A stretch of 64,000 bases of DNA from Eledone cirrhosa (GCA_964016885.1 OZ024742.1:304296001-304360000), one strand, 5' to 3'; counted from the stretch's first letter, positions 1 to 14,725 are shown. A program made the numbers and translations. Notes: generated by a model not told the origin, from the sequence alone.

Positions 1-76
1 TCTAATCTCTTTCTACAACTCTCTCAGTAGCTCTCTATATATTATAACCCCTCTCGCTCTCTCTTTATAAATATAT

Positions 77-298
77 ATGTTTAAGAAACACCTAGTTAAA
101 TGCAAAAACATCGAAAAAACATTAACAGTTAGGATAGAAACTAAGGAAAGAAACCTCGGCAATCTTAGAATTAAGGAAGCACTTATTATAGACAAAACAC
201 AACCACCAATCAATAATAGACTAGAACTCAACACCCAATTGATATACTTGATATACCATCTAGCCTCATATTTACACTCCCCCTCCTACACACACTCA

Positions 299-397
<99 letters not shown>

Positions 398-720
398 ACA
401 CAAAGACCAGTTCTAACACGAGATAACATCTATCCCCCACATTTACGTATAGACATATCTTCTCTCACACACACACACACACAAACACACATATACTTAC
501 ACCTCACACATTCTCCCACACACTTAAACATGCATGTACAAAAAAACTTTTAAAGGGAGACTACTCTTTATCCACCTAACCTTAACTCTTTGACATTAGA
601 GATAGAACAGATACTCTATACCATTTCCTGTCAGCATGACTTGGCAAGCTATTTAGAACACTGGTTTAACCGAAGAAGAGATATTATCTCGAAAATTAAG
701 GACATTTAAATAAATCTAAG
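77..720 (+). mobile_element. Penelope-like element 3' fragment (GIY-YIG C-terminus plus 3' UTR)
   Basis: ORF 77..553 begins with KHLVKC...LRIKEALIIDKTQPPINNRLEL, the 'KEA..I...P.IN' end of a PLE GIY-YIG endonuclease. A degenerate hammerhead-like core follows at 670-694 (CCGAAGA-A-GAGAT/ATCTC-GAAA). Confidence 0.6.
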
Positions 721-812
721 GTAAAAGACTAATTGTCAACAATATCTTTTGCATTTGCATTCTTTATTCTATGTCCATACCTGCATTGTTTTGGCTTTAT
801 TATACATATACA

Positions 813-872
<60 letters not shown>

Positions 873-1079
873 AATGTGTATATGTGTGTGTGTATGCATA
901 TGTACATATACATATATATACATGTGCATATATATATATATATATATGTCAAATTACAGTATAGATTTAGAAACTGATAATAAATGTCCTATGGTCAAGC
1001 GAGCTCAAGAAGAGAGAGCGAGCTCATTATAAATCATAACAAAGAGAGAAGGCACATAATAAATTATGTCAGATAATAG

Positions 1080-1158
<79 letters not shown>

Positions 1159-1735
1159 ACGCATATTGATGTGATTCCCAAAAGAATGAAAACATTGTAA
1201 GAATAAATGTTAAAATCATGAAATGAATTATAATAAAATATTTCCTTGACGATAAATAACGTAAATATCAATTCAAATGAAAAATAAATAAATTAATTAA
1301 TTTAACAAAAACCTTGCTGGGACATTTTCCTTATATCCACATTTATTAGATTAATTGATAAATCCAGTTGATTCTCCTTTGGATAATGCTTACTGTTCAG
1401 AATATGGAAAATAATTCAAAAAGTTGAAATCGATTAATTTGATTGCCGAAAGAATGGGAAAAAAAATGAAAAAAAGTAAAACTCAATGGTGAAATTATGA
1501 AATGAATTATAGTAAAAAAAATTCCTTGTTGCTCAAATATGTATATAACAATTAAATTGAAAAAATATATATATCAAATTAATTTAACAATAACCTCTCT
1601 TCAACACACATAATATTGATAACATTTAATTAGTAGCTAGTATAATTTTAAGTCATTTTAAGTCATCCAGTTAATTTTTTTCCTCAGTTTTGGTTTTACT
1701 TTTAGTTTAATTTTTTTTTTGTTTTATTTTCATAT

Positions 1736-3394
1736 CTAAAGAACTTCATCATAAACAATGTTTTTAACTTTTTTATCTTTTGTGTAATAATAAAGATTAT
1801 TAGGATCTCCAAATCTTGAAAGTGACACATATAGTTGTCCATGAGAAAATATTTCATTTGTAAGATTGATACCAACTTTTTAAAATGTTTGACCTTGTGA
1901 TTTATTTATTGCCATAGCAAAAGATAGTTTAACTGGAAATTATAATCTTGTAAACCTCACTGGCTGCTCTGCAATTAAGTTAATTCTTGGTAATAATACT
2001 GATTCGTTTTGGTACTTTTCATTTAGTATTGTTACTTCAATTACATTATTTGTAAGGGATTCCACTATTAACCTCGTTCCGTTGGATAACTTTGGAGTTT
2101 GTAAATTTCTCAAAAGAACAATTGGAGCTCCTTTCTTCAAATTTAATTCATGTGGTGGAAATCCCAATAATTCTAATGAATTGAAGAACTCAACCGGAAA
2201 ATCTACTGCTTCATTTCTATCCATTACTTGATCTATAGAATTGTAGGTTCTTAATCTATGTTCTACTTTGTTAAGTAATCGCATATTAATAGCATCAACA
2301 TTATTACTTTTAGCAGATAAACTCATTCTGCTTGTCATCCATTCTATATTAGTGTAATTAATTGCAATGTCCTCAAAAATAAATGTTTCTAAATCAATTT
2401 CATTCTCAACTCTATTTCCCACTGATAATAATATCATCAGATTGTCATCACGTGTGACCCTTTTTTCTCCTATTTCCAGTAGTTTACTTGCAAAGTCCTG
2501 TAAGTCATTATGTTTTAGGATATACACTCTCATATTAATTCTTAATTACTATTTGTGGAATAATGACCATAAATGAGATGCCTATTTAATCAGCTTTTGT
2601 ACCTCTTGGTACTACTGGAAATATTTGTCTAAAATCACCAGTTAGTAAAACAGTAATACCACCAAAAGATAAATATTCTTTTTAATCTCTTTCAATGTTT
2701 TATCAACAGCCTCTAAAATCCTTTTGTTTGACATTGTAACTTCATCCCATACTAATAAATTACAATTTTCTAAGGTTATCCAAATTCGACTATTTTTTCT
2801 AAATGATGTTATGAATTCATCAAGTATTGATAATGAAAATGATAATTTAAACATTGAACGTACTGTTATTCCATTATCTATAAGTTGCTGCTATTCCTGA
2901 AGAAGCAACGGCTATACTAATATAACCATTCATTTTATTGTTTGCTGGTAAAAGATTGATCAAAAATGTTTTTTCAGTTCCACCTGAAGCATCTAAAAAG
3001 TATAATATTTGTTCATTTCCATTGGTCATTGAATCATTGATTGTAGTGTAAATAAGTCTTTGTTCCTCATTCAACAATGGTTCATTCACATCTACAAAAT
3101 TTCATATTTCTAAGTGTTCATTTACTCTTTCAATATTGTTTACTTCTAGTTCTTCATAAGTTGGATGAGGTAGTCCTATTTCAATCAATGCCTTTTGTCC
3201 TATTGTTGATTGTTTGACATTGGTTGTTTAAATTCTTCATATAATACTACAGGATCAGAAGTATTGCAATGAATTATTGCAAATAAGTATCTCACTTGGC
3301 ATGATATTTTGGTAGAAACAGTTTCTCTAAGTGCTAGTTTTAGATGATTGTCTTCTTCTAACATTCCCTTGCCAAACATGTTTCTCTAAATGTA
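1736..3394 (-). pseudogene. Helitron RepHel, PIF1-like helicase portion (degenerate)
   Basis: Minus-strand fragments give FLDASGGTEKTFLIN (Walker A), AVASSGIAAT, LLVWDEVTM, GFPPHELNLKKGAPIVLLRNL, NGTRL, QFPVKLSFAMAINKSQGQT, FSHGQLYVSLSR and NIVYDEVL*. Multiple stops and frameshifts. Confidence 0.92.
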
Positions 3395-3402
3395 TTGTAG
3401 AC

Positions 3403-6400
3403 CAGTGCTACTCAAAGTGGTGGTCCACGGACCGGTGCCGGTACGCGAGCCATCAGTTACCGGTACGTGGCCAGTGTCCAGGCCATGCTAAGGAATTATT
3501 TAAGGAATTTGTAGAATCTAAGGAATTTCAAGGAAATTTTAGGCTGTGACTGCTAGTTTCAGTAATTTGTCCTTATACAATGAAAACAGGGGGTGAAAAT
3601 TATATGACAATAATAGGTAAATTAACCTGATAGTAAAAATATAAGTTGATAATATATCATAGTTTTCTATGAAGAGAGAAAGTCAAATAACAGAAAATGG
3701 ACCGTGCAGCATCAGTTTCGGTGACTAAACGACCTACAGCAGTAAGTAAACAACTTATCAGTTGGCCGGTGGTGACGCGTGGTACTTACCGGCTGTGGTA
3801 GAGATTATTTAAGTAAATGTAGTATATTTGTGATATTGTAATGCCGCCGAATGAAACTTTAGTCTCCCTTCAAAACAATGCTCCCTTTACTTCGGCCCGT
3901 ATCCTCAAATAAATTATTTCTTCCCTTAATTTAAAGGTTTTCTCACGCTTAAAATAGCCTGATTAATTCTTAACAGTAAAAAAACATTATTTACTTGGTA
4001 TTCCCTCAGTAAATTAATTTTATGCCCTCTGTAATCCCTTAACCTCCTCTCACACCTCGACACCACCAAACAGGTGACTGATTTGTTCTGTATTCATTCC
4101 TTTCTCATGATAAAAAGAAGTGTCATCTGGCCTTGTGGTATTGAGATTATGACTTATAAGGATGTAGAGAAGTAGATGATATATATTTGCTGGTGTGATC
4201 AAGATTAGGAGAGTGGATAAGTAACGATAAACAATTCTCCTCCTCCCCCGCCTCGACGCCATCAAACAGGTGTCATCCCCTTCACGCCTCCCCCAAACCA
4301 GACAATACATCCATATACGCCCACACCTCCGCCTTCCCATGTTAATTTTGTAAATTCCCTAGTGCCCTGGAGATGAAATAAACCCCGAGTTTTGTGTAAT
4401 ATGCCATGTGAAGAGATCTGTCTGAACGAGATTGCTATAAATTTTTTAGGGAAGTTTCCCTAGTACTCGCGAGAAGCAGTTTGTATGTTGACCCCCCCCC
4501 CCCCTGTTTTTATGGGGTGGGGGGAGACTTGCGAAATCAGAGTTTGGTATATATGGAGTCCCTCAGGTAGCGGCTAACTGGTTCACCTAAGCCAATTTTT
4601 GGTTTGCAACACACGGTACTCACGAGGAATTCAGAAGTATATACCTGGGATTATGGAATTTATATTAATTATTTCTATCCCTAATTTACAGATGGCGAAG
4701 CGAGGCCCTATGGACATATTTACCAAGCTAAAACATCCGGTTGCTGAACCCGCAAGTAATTTTTAATCAGATGAAGGCGATGTAATTGAAACCGAAGTAT
4801 TGCAGGGAAAAAGAATTCGTACTAGCTTTACTCGGAAATATGACTCCTCATACATTCAATTCGGTTTTGTAGCCACGAATGATGGGGGAATGCAAAAACC
4901 ATAGTGTGTAATTTGTGGAGAAGTGTTGACTAACGAGTCAATGAAGCCATCAACTCTCAAGAGACATTTAAATACAAAACATAAAGAAATGAGTTCAAAG
5001 CCACAAAAGTTCTTTGAAAGAAAGCATGTTGATTTAAAAGGCCGTCAGAAACAGATCTTTGAAGTGTCACACATAAATACTTATGCTTTGCGGGCTTCTT
5101 ATAAAGTAACACTTCGAGTTGCCAAGGCAAAAAAGCCATACACAATCGGTGAGACGCCAGTGATAGGCTGTATTAAAGATGTCTACATGGAAATGCTAGG
5201 CGAGCCAGCGGCAAAGAAAGGGGCTCAGGTGCCACTTTCAAATGACACTATAGCTCGATGAATTCACGATCTGGCTCACGATATGGAAGATCAGCTCATA
5301 GAACAAATTAAATTAGCAAAGTACTTTTCTTTGCAGCTTGATGAATGTACAGACTTTGCTAATCAGACAATTCTGATGTTGTATGTGCGCTTTGGACATG
5401 AAGCTGATTTGAAGGAAGAGTTTTTTTTCTCTGCTTCACTACCAACAAAAACAACTAGTTCTGAAGTTTTCAAGACTGAGCGACTACATCGTTAACAAAT
5501 GTGGATAGGATTTCAAGTTTTGTGTAGGCATGTGTTCTGATGGCGCTGCCGCATTGATAGGACGGCATTCGGGAGGGGTTACCCAGATTAAGGCGCATGC
5601 CCCAGAATGCAAGTCGACGTACTGCTTCCTTCACCGAGAAAGTCTTGCAACCAAAAAGATGTCCACAGAACTAAATAGTGTGCTCATCGAGATTGTAAAA
5701 ATTGTGAACCATGTAAAGGCGAATGCTTTAAATTCGAGATTATTCACTGCATTATGTGATAATATGGGAGCTGATCACAAACAGATCCTATTGCATGCCG
5801 ATGTACGTTGACTATCGAGGGGTAAAGTCCTGTCAAGAATATTTGAGCTACGAAACGAGCTTTTCGAGTCTCTTCAGGAAAAAAAACCAAATTTGTCACA
5901 ATCGTTCACAGATGTGGATTGGCTAGCCAAGCTGGCTTATTTGGCTGACATCTTTGCCATCTTTAATGATCTCAACACCTCCATGCAGGGAAGGATGGCT
6001 TCGTGTTTTACAATGGCAGACAAGATCGACGGAAAGAAACGAAAGCTAGAAGCATGGAAGAGTCGAGTGTCAAGAGATTGTTATGACATGTTTCATCAAT
6101 TAGCGACAATCATCGGTGATGTACGCGAAGTCCTTGATATTACATCTCTACAAAATGTCATCAGTGAACACTTGGCGAATCTGGCAGACCGGTTTCAGTT
6201 TTACTTCCCAGCAGAAGAAGATCCACGGAAAGGGAATGGATGGATCCGAAATCCGTTTATTCCACTGCAAGATGGCATAAGTGTCAGTATGGAGTATAAA
6301 TTGTTGGAGCTGGCTGCTGACGGAGGATTGAAGAGAAATTTCGAAACTACAACAGCACATGGTTCATTTTGGATAAAAGTGAAAGCAGAATATGCTGAGC

Positions 6401-6839
6401 TTAGTGAAATTGCTCTGGAAACTCTTCTCCCATTTCCTTCAACATACGTCTGCGAGAGTGTTATTAAGATAAAGTACAGGAATAATATGGCTAGTGATTC
6501 TCCATTGCGCGTGGCACTGTCCTCAGTTGAACCACGACTGGATAAACTGACAAAGAAGAAGCAGGCTCACTTTTCACACTAGTAATGATTAAGGTTATAT
6601 AATTTTTATTTTTGTGTTAATAAAATGCTTGCTATGTTTTTTATTACTTTTTTATATGTTTTGATATTGTATTATTTGTTTACAAAATAAATAGAAGATA
6701 AAAAAAATGATCAACTTTTATTATATTCATTATATATATCGTTTCCTGTATAAATTAATATTATTACGAAATATTAGCGGTACGTGGCACATTGAAAAAA
6801 AATGCCGGTCCGCCACATCAGATAGTTTGAGAAGCACTG
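3403..6839 (+). mobile_element. hAT DNA transposon, Buster/Charlie (ZBED5/SCAND3-like) type, full length, inserted into the Helitron
   Basis: TIRs CAGTGCTACTCAAA (3403) and TTTGAGAAGCACTG (ending 6839). Perfect 8-bp TSD TTGTAGAC at 3395-3402 and 6840-6847 with a central TA. Confidence 0.95.
4692..6582 (+). pseudogene. hAT (Buster-family) transposase, disrupted
   Basis: BED finger (CVIC...MKPSTLKRHLNTKH), FSLQLDECTD, CSDGAAA, CFLHRESL, WLAKLAYLADIF, WIRNPF and LLPFPSTYVCE..KKKQAHFSH. In-frame stops and frameshifts split it into 4 ORFs. Confidence 0.93.
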
Positions 6840-6847
6840 TTGTAGAC

Positions 6848-7878
6848 AATACCCTTATGTGGTTTTACGTCTCTGAAAGATTTTGGACCTCTAACTACGT
6901 TCAGCAATAATCTGAGACAATAGCTCTCTGTTTGATTAGGTGGTACTGTGGAAATACTAGAATATGTTTGCACAAATCTACCATTCAATCTTCTTTTCCG
7001 TGTTTTATTGGAAGTAAGGGTATAATAAGATGGAATTTCCTTATATAAGAAACTTCTTGCATATTCGACAGTTTCGTTCAATTTGAAGAACGAAATTAAA
7101 GTTGTATTTGGGGGATTTCTAATTTTACTTTCAACATTATTACTGGTGAAGTACACTCTTTGGCCATTTTCTAAATGTATATCCAATTGTTGAACAGCTG
7201 GGTATCACATGTGAATATTAAATGAAAGGATTTTCCATGCAGTCTCATTACTATTGAGATATTGTCCTGTTACAAACTTATTGACTTCATTATATTGGTC
7301 ATTATTCCGCATTCTTAGAACAGTAACATAGCTACCTTTATTAAAGAACTTAATTATATATATTATAGCGTAAACAGAGGAGCATAATTCTACATTGATG
7401 TGGCCTTTAAATACTTTCAAAAGTAATAGATTGTAAGGTACAATCCACCTATTGTCAATTGTATATGTTTTTGAGCTTCTTGTTATTGTTGCTGTTCTTC
7501 CTCCATCTTCTGTTTTTCTCCGACTATATAAGGGATATCCTGAGACATCTGTCCTGGTTACATTAATTAAATATTTATTGGCAGTATCGGTAGAGGGTCG
7601 GACGCCATCCCTTCCAGCATAGAGTTACGCCCCTTTATGGTCTGAGTTCAAATCCCGCCGAGGTTAACTTTGCCTTTCATCCTTACGCGGTCGATAAAAT
7701 AAAGTACCAAATTATCAGTAATGCACTGGGATAATTGGTGGCCTTGTGCCAGTAGTAGAAACAATTAATTAAATATTTTAGTTAATTTTTGCCACATATT
7801 GTATCATTCATACATCGACATTGCGGATCTGATAAACCACATGGTCCATGGACCATTTGTGTAGTGATAATATCCTAA
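6848..7878 (-). pseudogene. Helitron RepHel, Rep/linker portion (degenerate)
   Basis: Minus-strand MVHGPCG, GYPLYSR, TIDNRWIVPYN, HINVELCSS, IHLENGQRVYF and LRLLLNVVRGPKSF, colinear with the helicase part on the other side of the hAT insertion. Confidence 0.9.
7577..7763 (+). mobile_element. tRNA-derived SINE (Meta-domain-like core) with 15-bp TSD
   Basis: B-box GAGTTCAAATCC and core GCCGAGGTTAACTTTGCCTTTCATCC...GTCGATAAAATAAAGTACCA. TSD ATTAATTAAATATTT at 7562-7576 and 7764-7778. Several more copies in the window. Confidence 0.85.
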
Positions 7879-9778
7879 ATATGTGTGTGTGCATATATAT
7901 ATATATTTGTCAGTTTACTTTTCTATTTATCTGTCTGACTATCCATCTATCTCATTATCTATTTATATATATTTACCAATGTATTTAACTTTATAAAAGT
8001 AAAACAATAACAATTAACACAGGTCCCAATATCAGACAATGTGTGTGTGTGTGTGTGTGTGTGTTTGTCCGCGCGTGCATGTATGTATTTCTAATAGGTC
8101 ACTCAACTTCATATTTCAGTGACCATTAATAAAGTATGAAAGTGTTTTAGACATATGTTGTGTTTGTAATCAAGCCTTGATTATTTTTTATTTTTTGGAG
8201 GTGGGGGCGGGGTGGAGGAGGGGATTACATTTTAATCTTGTCTCATACTGCTTTTGCCTTCCAGCAAGAGCATGTTACATTGCAGTTGCTTCTTATCATA
8301 CATGAGCTGTATTGTGTTATTTTGTTTTCAAAGACTGTAGTTCATGAAATATTTGTTTTATCTTCAGTAACTTCAAAAGTCACATCGTACATCTAATAAA
8401 AAATATCAATGAGCAATGGCAATGCGAAGGTTAATGTAAACCGCCATCTATTTCATATATAGAGTTCCTCCCATTATCCAATGATAACCTGTCATCTTTG
8501 TAGAACAATATTTACAAGAACCTTGATTTCATAAGGCCCACGGTGGTGATCACATATTTTGAAAACTTCAAAGATGACAACATTGTTGTGTTTTCCATGG
8601 AGGTTTCAAGTCTGTCACGAGTAGCACCAAGTAAAGTTATCAGCTTATGCACCGTAATTTACTCTCATCACTAATGTTTTGAGTTTCCTGTCAGATTTCA
8701 TTATGAGTAGACGGTATACTTTCTGTCTGCATTTAACCCTCAGCCAAATTTGGTTTCAAGTTTATTAGTATTGAGTGTCTGTTCAACTGTCTTTTATATT
8801 GTTAGCTCATCACTAATGTTTATCATTATGTTTCTTTATTATTGTCTTAATTTTGCAAATAAAATAGTATCATGTAGTGCTTTTTGTGGGGGTGTCCGGA
8901 TACCTGAGCACAGAGGGAAATATATATATATTTTTTTTAATTACCTTTGTTCTGTGCTCATATTTTGAACAAACGTTTTAAAAATTTACTGTTTAAAAAT
9001 TTTGAAATTGATATTTTCCTGGAGGTGGTGGTGGTAGTGGTGGTGGTGGTGGTTGTGTTTAAGAGGCAGAGTCTAATCTTGCCTAGGGTGTCAGATAGTT
9101 TGGTATTCGTAAAGAGATGAGGAAATTTCACACAATAGAGGGAACCAGAAACAACTTTAAGACTGCCCCCCCCCCTCGCCACGAATGAGCAGCAAACAGT
9201 TAAATCGTCTAAATAATTGTCTACGAATTAATGACTCTATACTGTTTTATTGTGATAGCTTGATGATCCCATACCTAAAAAATATCCATGTTTGCATTAA
9301 GAAACCATATAATTCGTCGATCCTTTACATCCGCTGATAGTAGTGCTCCTGTATGATGCTAGACGTGACATATAAATAAACATATGTATAGACAACACTT
9401 CACTGGCCAGGATTTACCAGTGATGCCATGATTATAGATTCCTATAACATTTACCGTTTTTTCTGCTCGTCTAATCTAACATTTTAAGGATCACTCCTTA
9501 AATTCACACATCTCTCCTTAAAACCAGTATTAGGTATATGTGCTTAGGTTTTCCTTACAATGTTGTTCTGGTGAAGATCGATGGGATAACCAGTTCGTAT
9601 TTTCTGGCATATTTACATGCTTACATATTAGATATCTGTATACACGGTAGTGCAGCCTCGGTTACACACTCTGTATTTATGCAGATATAACTTTATCATA
9701 CAATTCAGCTGGATTGTTTAATGAAACAACTTTCTTCATTTGAATAACATATATATATACATATATATACATATAAAC

Positions 9779-9965
9779 AAGAAGTGTAAGTCAACGGCGT
9801 AAAATTAGCTTCGTTTATTCATATTGAATATGAATAAACGAAGCTAATTTTACCATGTTGACTTACACTTCTTATTTTTACATTACTCCGGAGTAAACAG
9901 ACCAGCCTGCACACTTCGTTGAGTGCTCCAATCTGCATACCGAGGAGGTGTCCGTAAACAACGAA
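9779..9965. repeat. Fold-back repeat (47-bp arms) attached to a PLE-terminus-like repeat also found at 43838-43940
   Basis: 9779-9825 is the near-perfect reverse complement of 9827-9873. 9876-9965 is the reverse-complement homologue of 43838-43922. Confidence 0.8.
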
Positions 9966-9974
9966 CACATACTC

Positions 9975-10012
<38 letters not shown>

Positions 10013-10017
<5 letters not shown>

Positions 10018-10419
10018 CAATATGTTGAAAAGGTAACACACTAGAGAGACATACAGTGCACCATCAATAAAACAGGGAAAAACCACCAGTGTATGGAATC
10101 TATAACCTATGAAAGGCAGACTATAGACACGATAATTAAAAATATAAATTAAAGCGTAAATAAATACCTCTATAACTATATAACACACATACAAATCCAA
10201 AGAGATCTGTTTCGGCAGTAGGTTGTTGACAGAAATGGAATAACACCGTTTCTTCGGCGTGTGAAAGGCTATACATTTCAGACAACACTAAGAGAATTTT
10301 AAAAGTGACTGTCCCGCTACACGTGGGAGAGAGAAGTCACAGCGTGTTTAAGGGCAGTTAACCATTGATGGCGCACTGTATCTCTCTCTAGTGTGTAACC
10401 TTTTCAACATATTGTATTT
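10013..10419. repeat. Inverted-repeat element (55-bp arms) between (TA)n tracts
   Basis: 10013-10068 matches the reverse complement of 10364-10419 with a few mismatches. Confidence 0.75.
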
Positions 10420-10746
10420 TAAAGAGGTCAGGATTTTCTCTCCTTTGAGCACATTATTTACAGGGAATGGCGAGAATCTATGGCTCCGTTAATTTATCGT
10501 GATATATATATATATATACATACGTACATACAAATGGAAGTAGAGCATAATCGAAGCTCTGGCTGCAGCTAAGCTAACGAATGTAATCGGAATGTGCAGC
10601 TGAACACTCAATAAGGTATTTTACCTTAGTTATAACATTACGTTTAGACAGCTTTGCAAATTGAAGACGTACATATATATAATCGCCACCGAATGCGAGA
10701 GAGTTCCCCGGAAAGTTAACAAGGGCGGATTAACGATTTACTGTAA

Positions 10747-10782
<36 letters not shown>

Positions 10783-10855
10783 CGAAGCATCTCGAATGGT
10801 GCGGACACATCTTGGGTCGTTTCCTTACTCACTCAATGACCTAATAATTTACTAT

Positions 10856-11030
10856 TCGGTAGAGGGTCAAACGCCATGTTTGCAGCAATGAGTTACGGCC
10901 CTTTATGGTCTGAGTTCATATTCTGCCGAGGTTAACTTTGCCTTTCATCCTTAGCGGGGTCGATAAAATAAAGTACCAGTAATACACTGGAATAATTGCT
11001 GGCCTTGTGCCAAAAGTAGAAATAATTATT
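10856..11030 (+). mobile_element. SINE, same family as 7577-7763
   Basis: Shared core and 3' tail GGCCTTGTGCCAAAAGTAGAAATAATTATT. Confidence 0.85.
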
Positions 11031-11128
11031 AAAATTCGACACCCAGCTGGCCAGGGTGCACGCTTTCGATAATCAATGAGGAAGATGACTTCATGTGGGT
11101 CAGAATGTTAAGTGCTCTACACAAACAG

Positions 11129-11167
<39 letters not shown>

Positions 11168-11491
11168 GTAGTGAAAAACTGGGAGGTTATGTCCAAAGCT
11201 GGTAGAGCAATCAGTCCAAATAACAAGTCTCGTATAGAATTAGTTCCACAAGAAATTAACAAATCATACTTGAGGACACATGCTTCACCCGAAGTATTTT
11301 TCAATTGGTTTATGACTATAGCGAGAAAGTTCTCACTATAACTATACATTAGTTGAAGAATCCTTTGGGCCAAACACTTTATTTCATTTTACCGTGTTGC
11401 ACACATGCACGCTGACACATACACACAAACACTCACTCATGCATATTCACACTAACACACACATACACAACTATACACACACACACACACA

Positions 11492-11538
<47 letters not shown>

Positions 11539-11559
11539 TTACATATATATATATATAAA

Positions 11560-11717
<158 letters not shown>

Positions 11718-12237
11718 AAAACCTTCCATAGTCAAATTGCTATTAATCTCCCTTACTTCATTCTTTTGATTTCGCTCCTCACACTGTATGAAGATTTAAA
11801 GACCGAATCCACTACGTCCTCCACCGCTATCATCACACAAAAACCCACACATTACGACACATTAACTCACCGATAGTTACACAGAAACCTACGTACACAG
11901 AAACATATATACATACACAATTATAAATACAATCACGTAAACGCACTCTAATCCAGAGACAGAAACATACAAGATACAGGCACAGAAACGTAATATTCCA
12001 AGCACACACCTTATTACCTAGAAACACATTGACGTACAATGTTTTGTATTGTTTCTTTCAATTTTCGTTTTATTTTATCATTTTTATCATAGGTCATTTA
12101 TTTACAAAACTACGCAATTGATGCAGACATTAATGACTCGCTGTCTACACATTTACATACTAAAATATGTTGCTCTATATAAGCATAGAAATAAAACACT
12201 ATATGAATAAGTATTAAAAAGTATTATAATATTACAG

Positions 12238-12296
<59 letters not shown>

Positions 12297-12343
12297 TACA
12301 CAGACGCACACAAATACATATTTATAAATATTACTTATGTATA

Positions 12344-12443
<100 letters not shown>

Positions 12444-12577
12444 CATATATATATGTATACGTGTATGCGTGTGACTCTGTGTGTGTATGTCTGTATGTGT
12501 GTGTTTGTAAATATATATAAAAAAAGAGGCAAAAATACATTACAAACATATACATTTACTTTAATTTAATATATATA

Positions 12578-12643
<66 letters not shown>

Positions 12644-13298
12644 TTGTGTGTGTTTGTGTCTGCGCGTGTGTGTGTGGTTGTGAGGGAAATAGTACATGCG
12701 GTTGCGAAAGTGCATATGTATGTATGTATGAGTAAAGATAAGATGTCTATAAATATTAATAGACATAATGCCATATCTACGTAAAGGCATCTTAATTATG
12801 GTCCTATGTATATGTTGTGTCAGTATGGTGTATATATCTTTTACTTGTCCGTATGTATTTGTGTGTATGTGTGTGTATATATACCTGTTGAATATTTGTA
12901 AGTGTGTGCGACACTATGCTTTGTGTGTATGTAGTGGGGTATGTATGACGTTGTGTACGTGTGTGTGTGTTTTGAATGTTGAATATGTCAATGATGTATT
13001 ATAAATGAATGTGTTCATCAAATTTATTTTTCAGTTTTTGGATATATCCTCATTCAACATATTGTGTACTGAATGCTATATAAGCATTCAGTACACACAC
13101 ACACACACACACATACACACACACACAGACACACACATATATATATGTATATATATATTTGTTTGATATAGAAATGGCTTCGGCGGGACTGGAACAGTTT
13201 CAGTCGAAGGAAATCATCATGAAATTTATATTTTGCTAAGTATTGAGTACTCTGGTCAGCCCCGTACAGCCAAACACACAAACACACACACACCCATG

Positions 13299-13359
<61 letters not shown>

Positions 13360-14186
13360 GTAGAACACTGGAAGGTAATATCCGTAGTGGTAAAGCACTC
13401 AGTCCATGGGACGAGTTGGGTAGAAGTGGTTAAACTACGGTGAGTATAAAACAAAATACTCCAGTCCATAAAACTACCTCCACAATTTCAAGGCAGGGAT
13501 TCCCTATCAGCTCGTTCAGTTCATTGAAAACGAACACGGGAGATAATGCTTATCGTCTTGACAATCAAAATCTTACGACAGGACCGGACCTATTTACACA
13601 GTCATATTGACTAAACTAAAGGATGTGTTTCGATCTTATTAGATATCTTTGGCGAAGCAATAATCCATTGTCTTAAATAGGTTTATGCTGATGTATATCG
13701 AAAGACGTGTTGAAGCTCAAAGAAAATGCCATGGATTTCTCTTTAGAATGGAGGGTATTGTAAAAATACACACCCTACATTAAGTTATTATTGTTTACCG
13801 CCGAAAAGTATAATAAACTTGCACAACTATTTTCTAAATAAGGGCTGCCTGAACACACGAATGGATTTCTTCAAGCATTGTCCATATGACATTTTGTTTC
13901 GAGGGGATGGTCTAAGCCGTTGTAAAATTCGATTTAACTCTGTTATGTGTTATCTCTGCACACAAGAAAGACCTCCTTTCTTTTCTTTTCGGAGTTCTTT
14001 CCCTCGCCTACTACAGCACTTAACCACAATTCTTTTGAATTTAAATATTTCTTTAGAGTACTCTCCCTTACGATTTTATAGAATCTATTATAGTCCCATA
14101 ACAACCTTATTTCCATTATCCTAACTTTAGAACTCTCATATAATATACGATCAATTATCTACACGGAATTTACCCTGATACAATAT

Positions 14187-14235
14187 GGCAGACTGAATGA
14201 GTTGGTATTATGCCAACGAAACTCGAGTATTTACC
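14187..14235 (+). ncRNA. Type I hammerhead ribozyme motif (1-nt core insertion)
   Basis: GGCAGA-CTGAATGA-[GTTGGTA tta TGCCAAC]-GAAA-CTCGAG-TA-TTTACC. Palindromic stem III ACTCGAGT, GUA cleavage triplet, imperfect stem I. Confidence 0.6.
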
Positions 14236-14256
14236 TAATGCCATCGTCGTGAACTG

Positions 14257-14293
<37 letters not shown>

Positions 14294-14468
14294 GCATGAC
14301 GTTGAAGGACGAGAGAAAAGAGTACTCAGTATTGAAGAATAGTTTAAATATTCATTTAAATGGCTCAATAATAAGTCTTGTTTCTTTGGAGTTTCACATG
14401 CTTCCTCACTGTGAGCAAGGAGGCGAAACTCCTGAATATCATGGGTCCCTATTTAGCCATAATGAGTT

Positions 14469-14549
<81 letters not shown>

Positions 14550-14610
14550 CTGTGTATATATGTATGTATGTATATATATATATTCATATATATATATATG
14601 TATACATATA

Positions 14611-14672
<62 letters not shown>

Positions 14673-14725
14673 TATATATATACATACACACATACATACA
14701 TATATATATACATATATACACACAC

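Noticed and set aside
990-1700. 3' terminus of the large Helitron
   Set aside because: A diverged ~110-bp duplication is visible, but no convincing hairpin plus CTRR end could be placed.
8240-8860. Complex sequence that might be a decayed coding region
   Set aside because: All frames tried by eye are full of stops and no motif was recognised.
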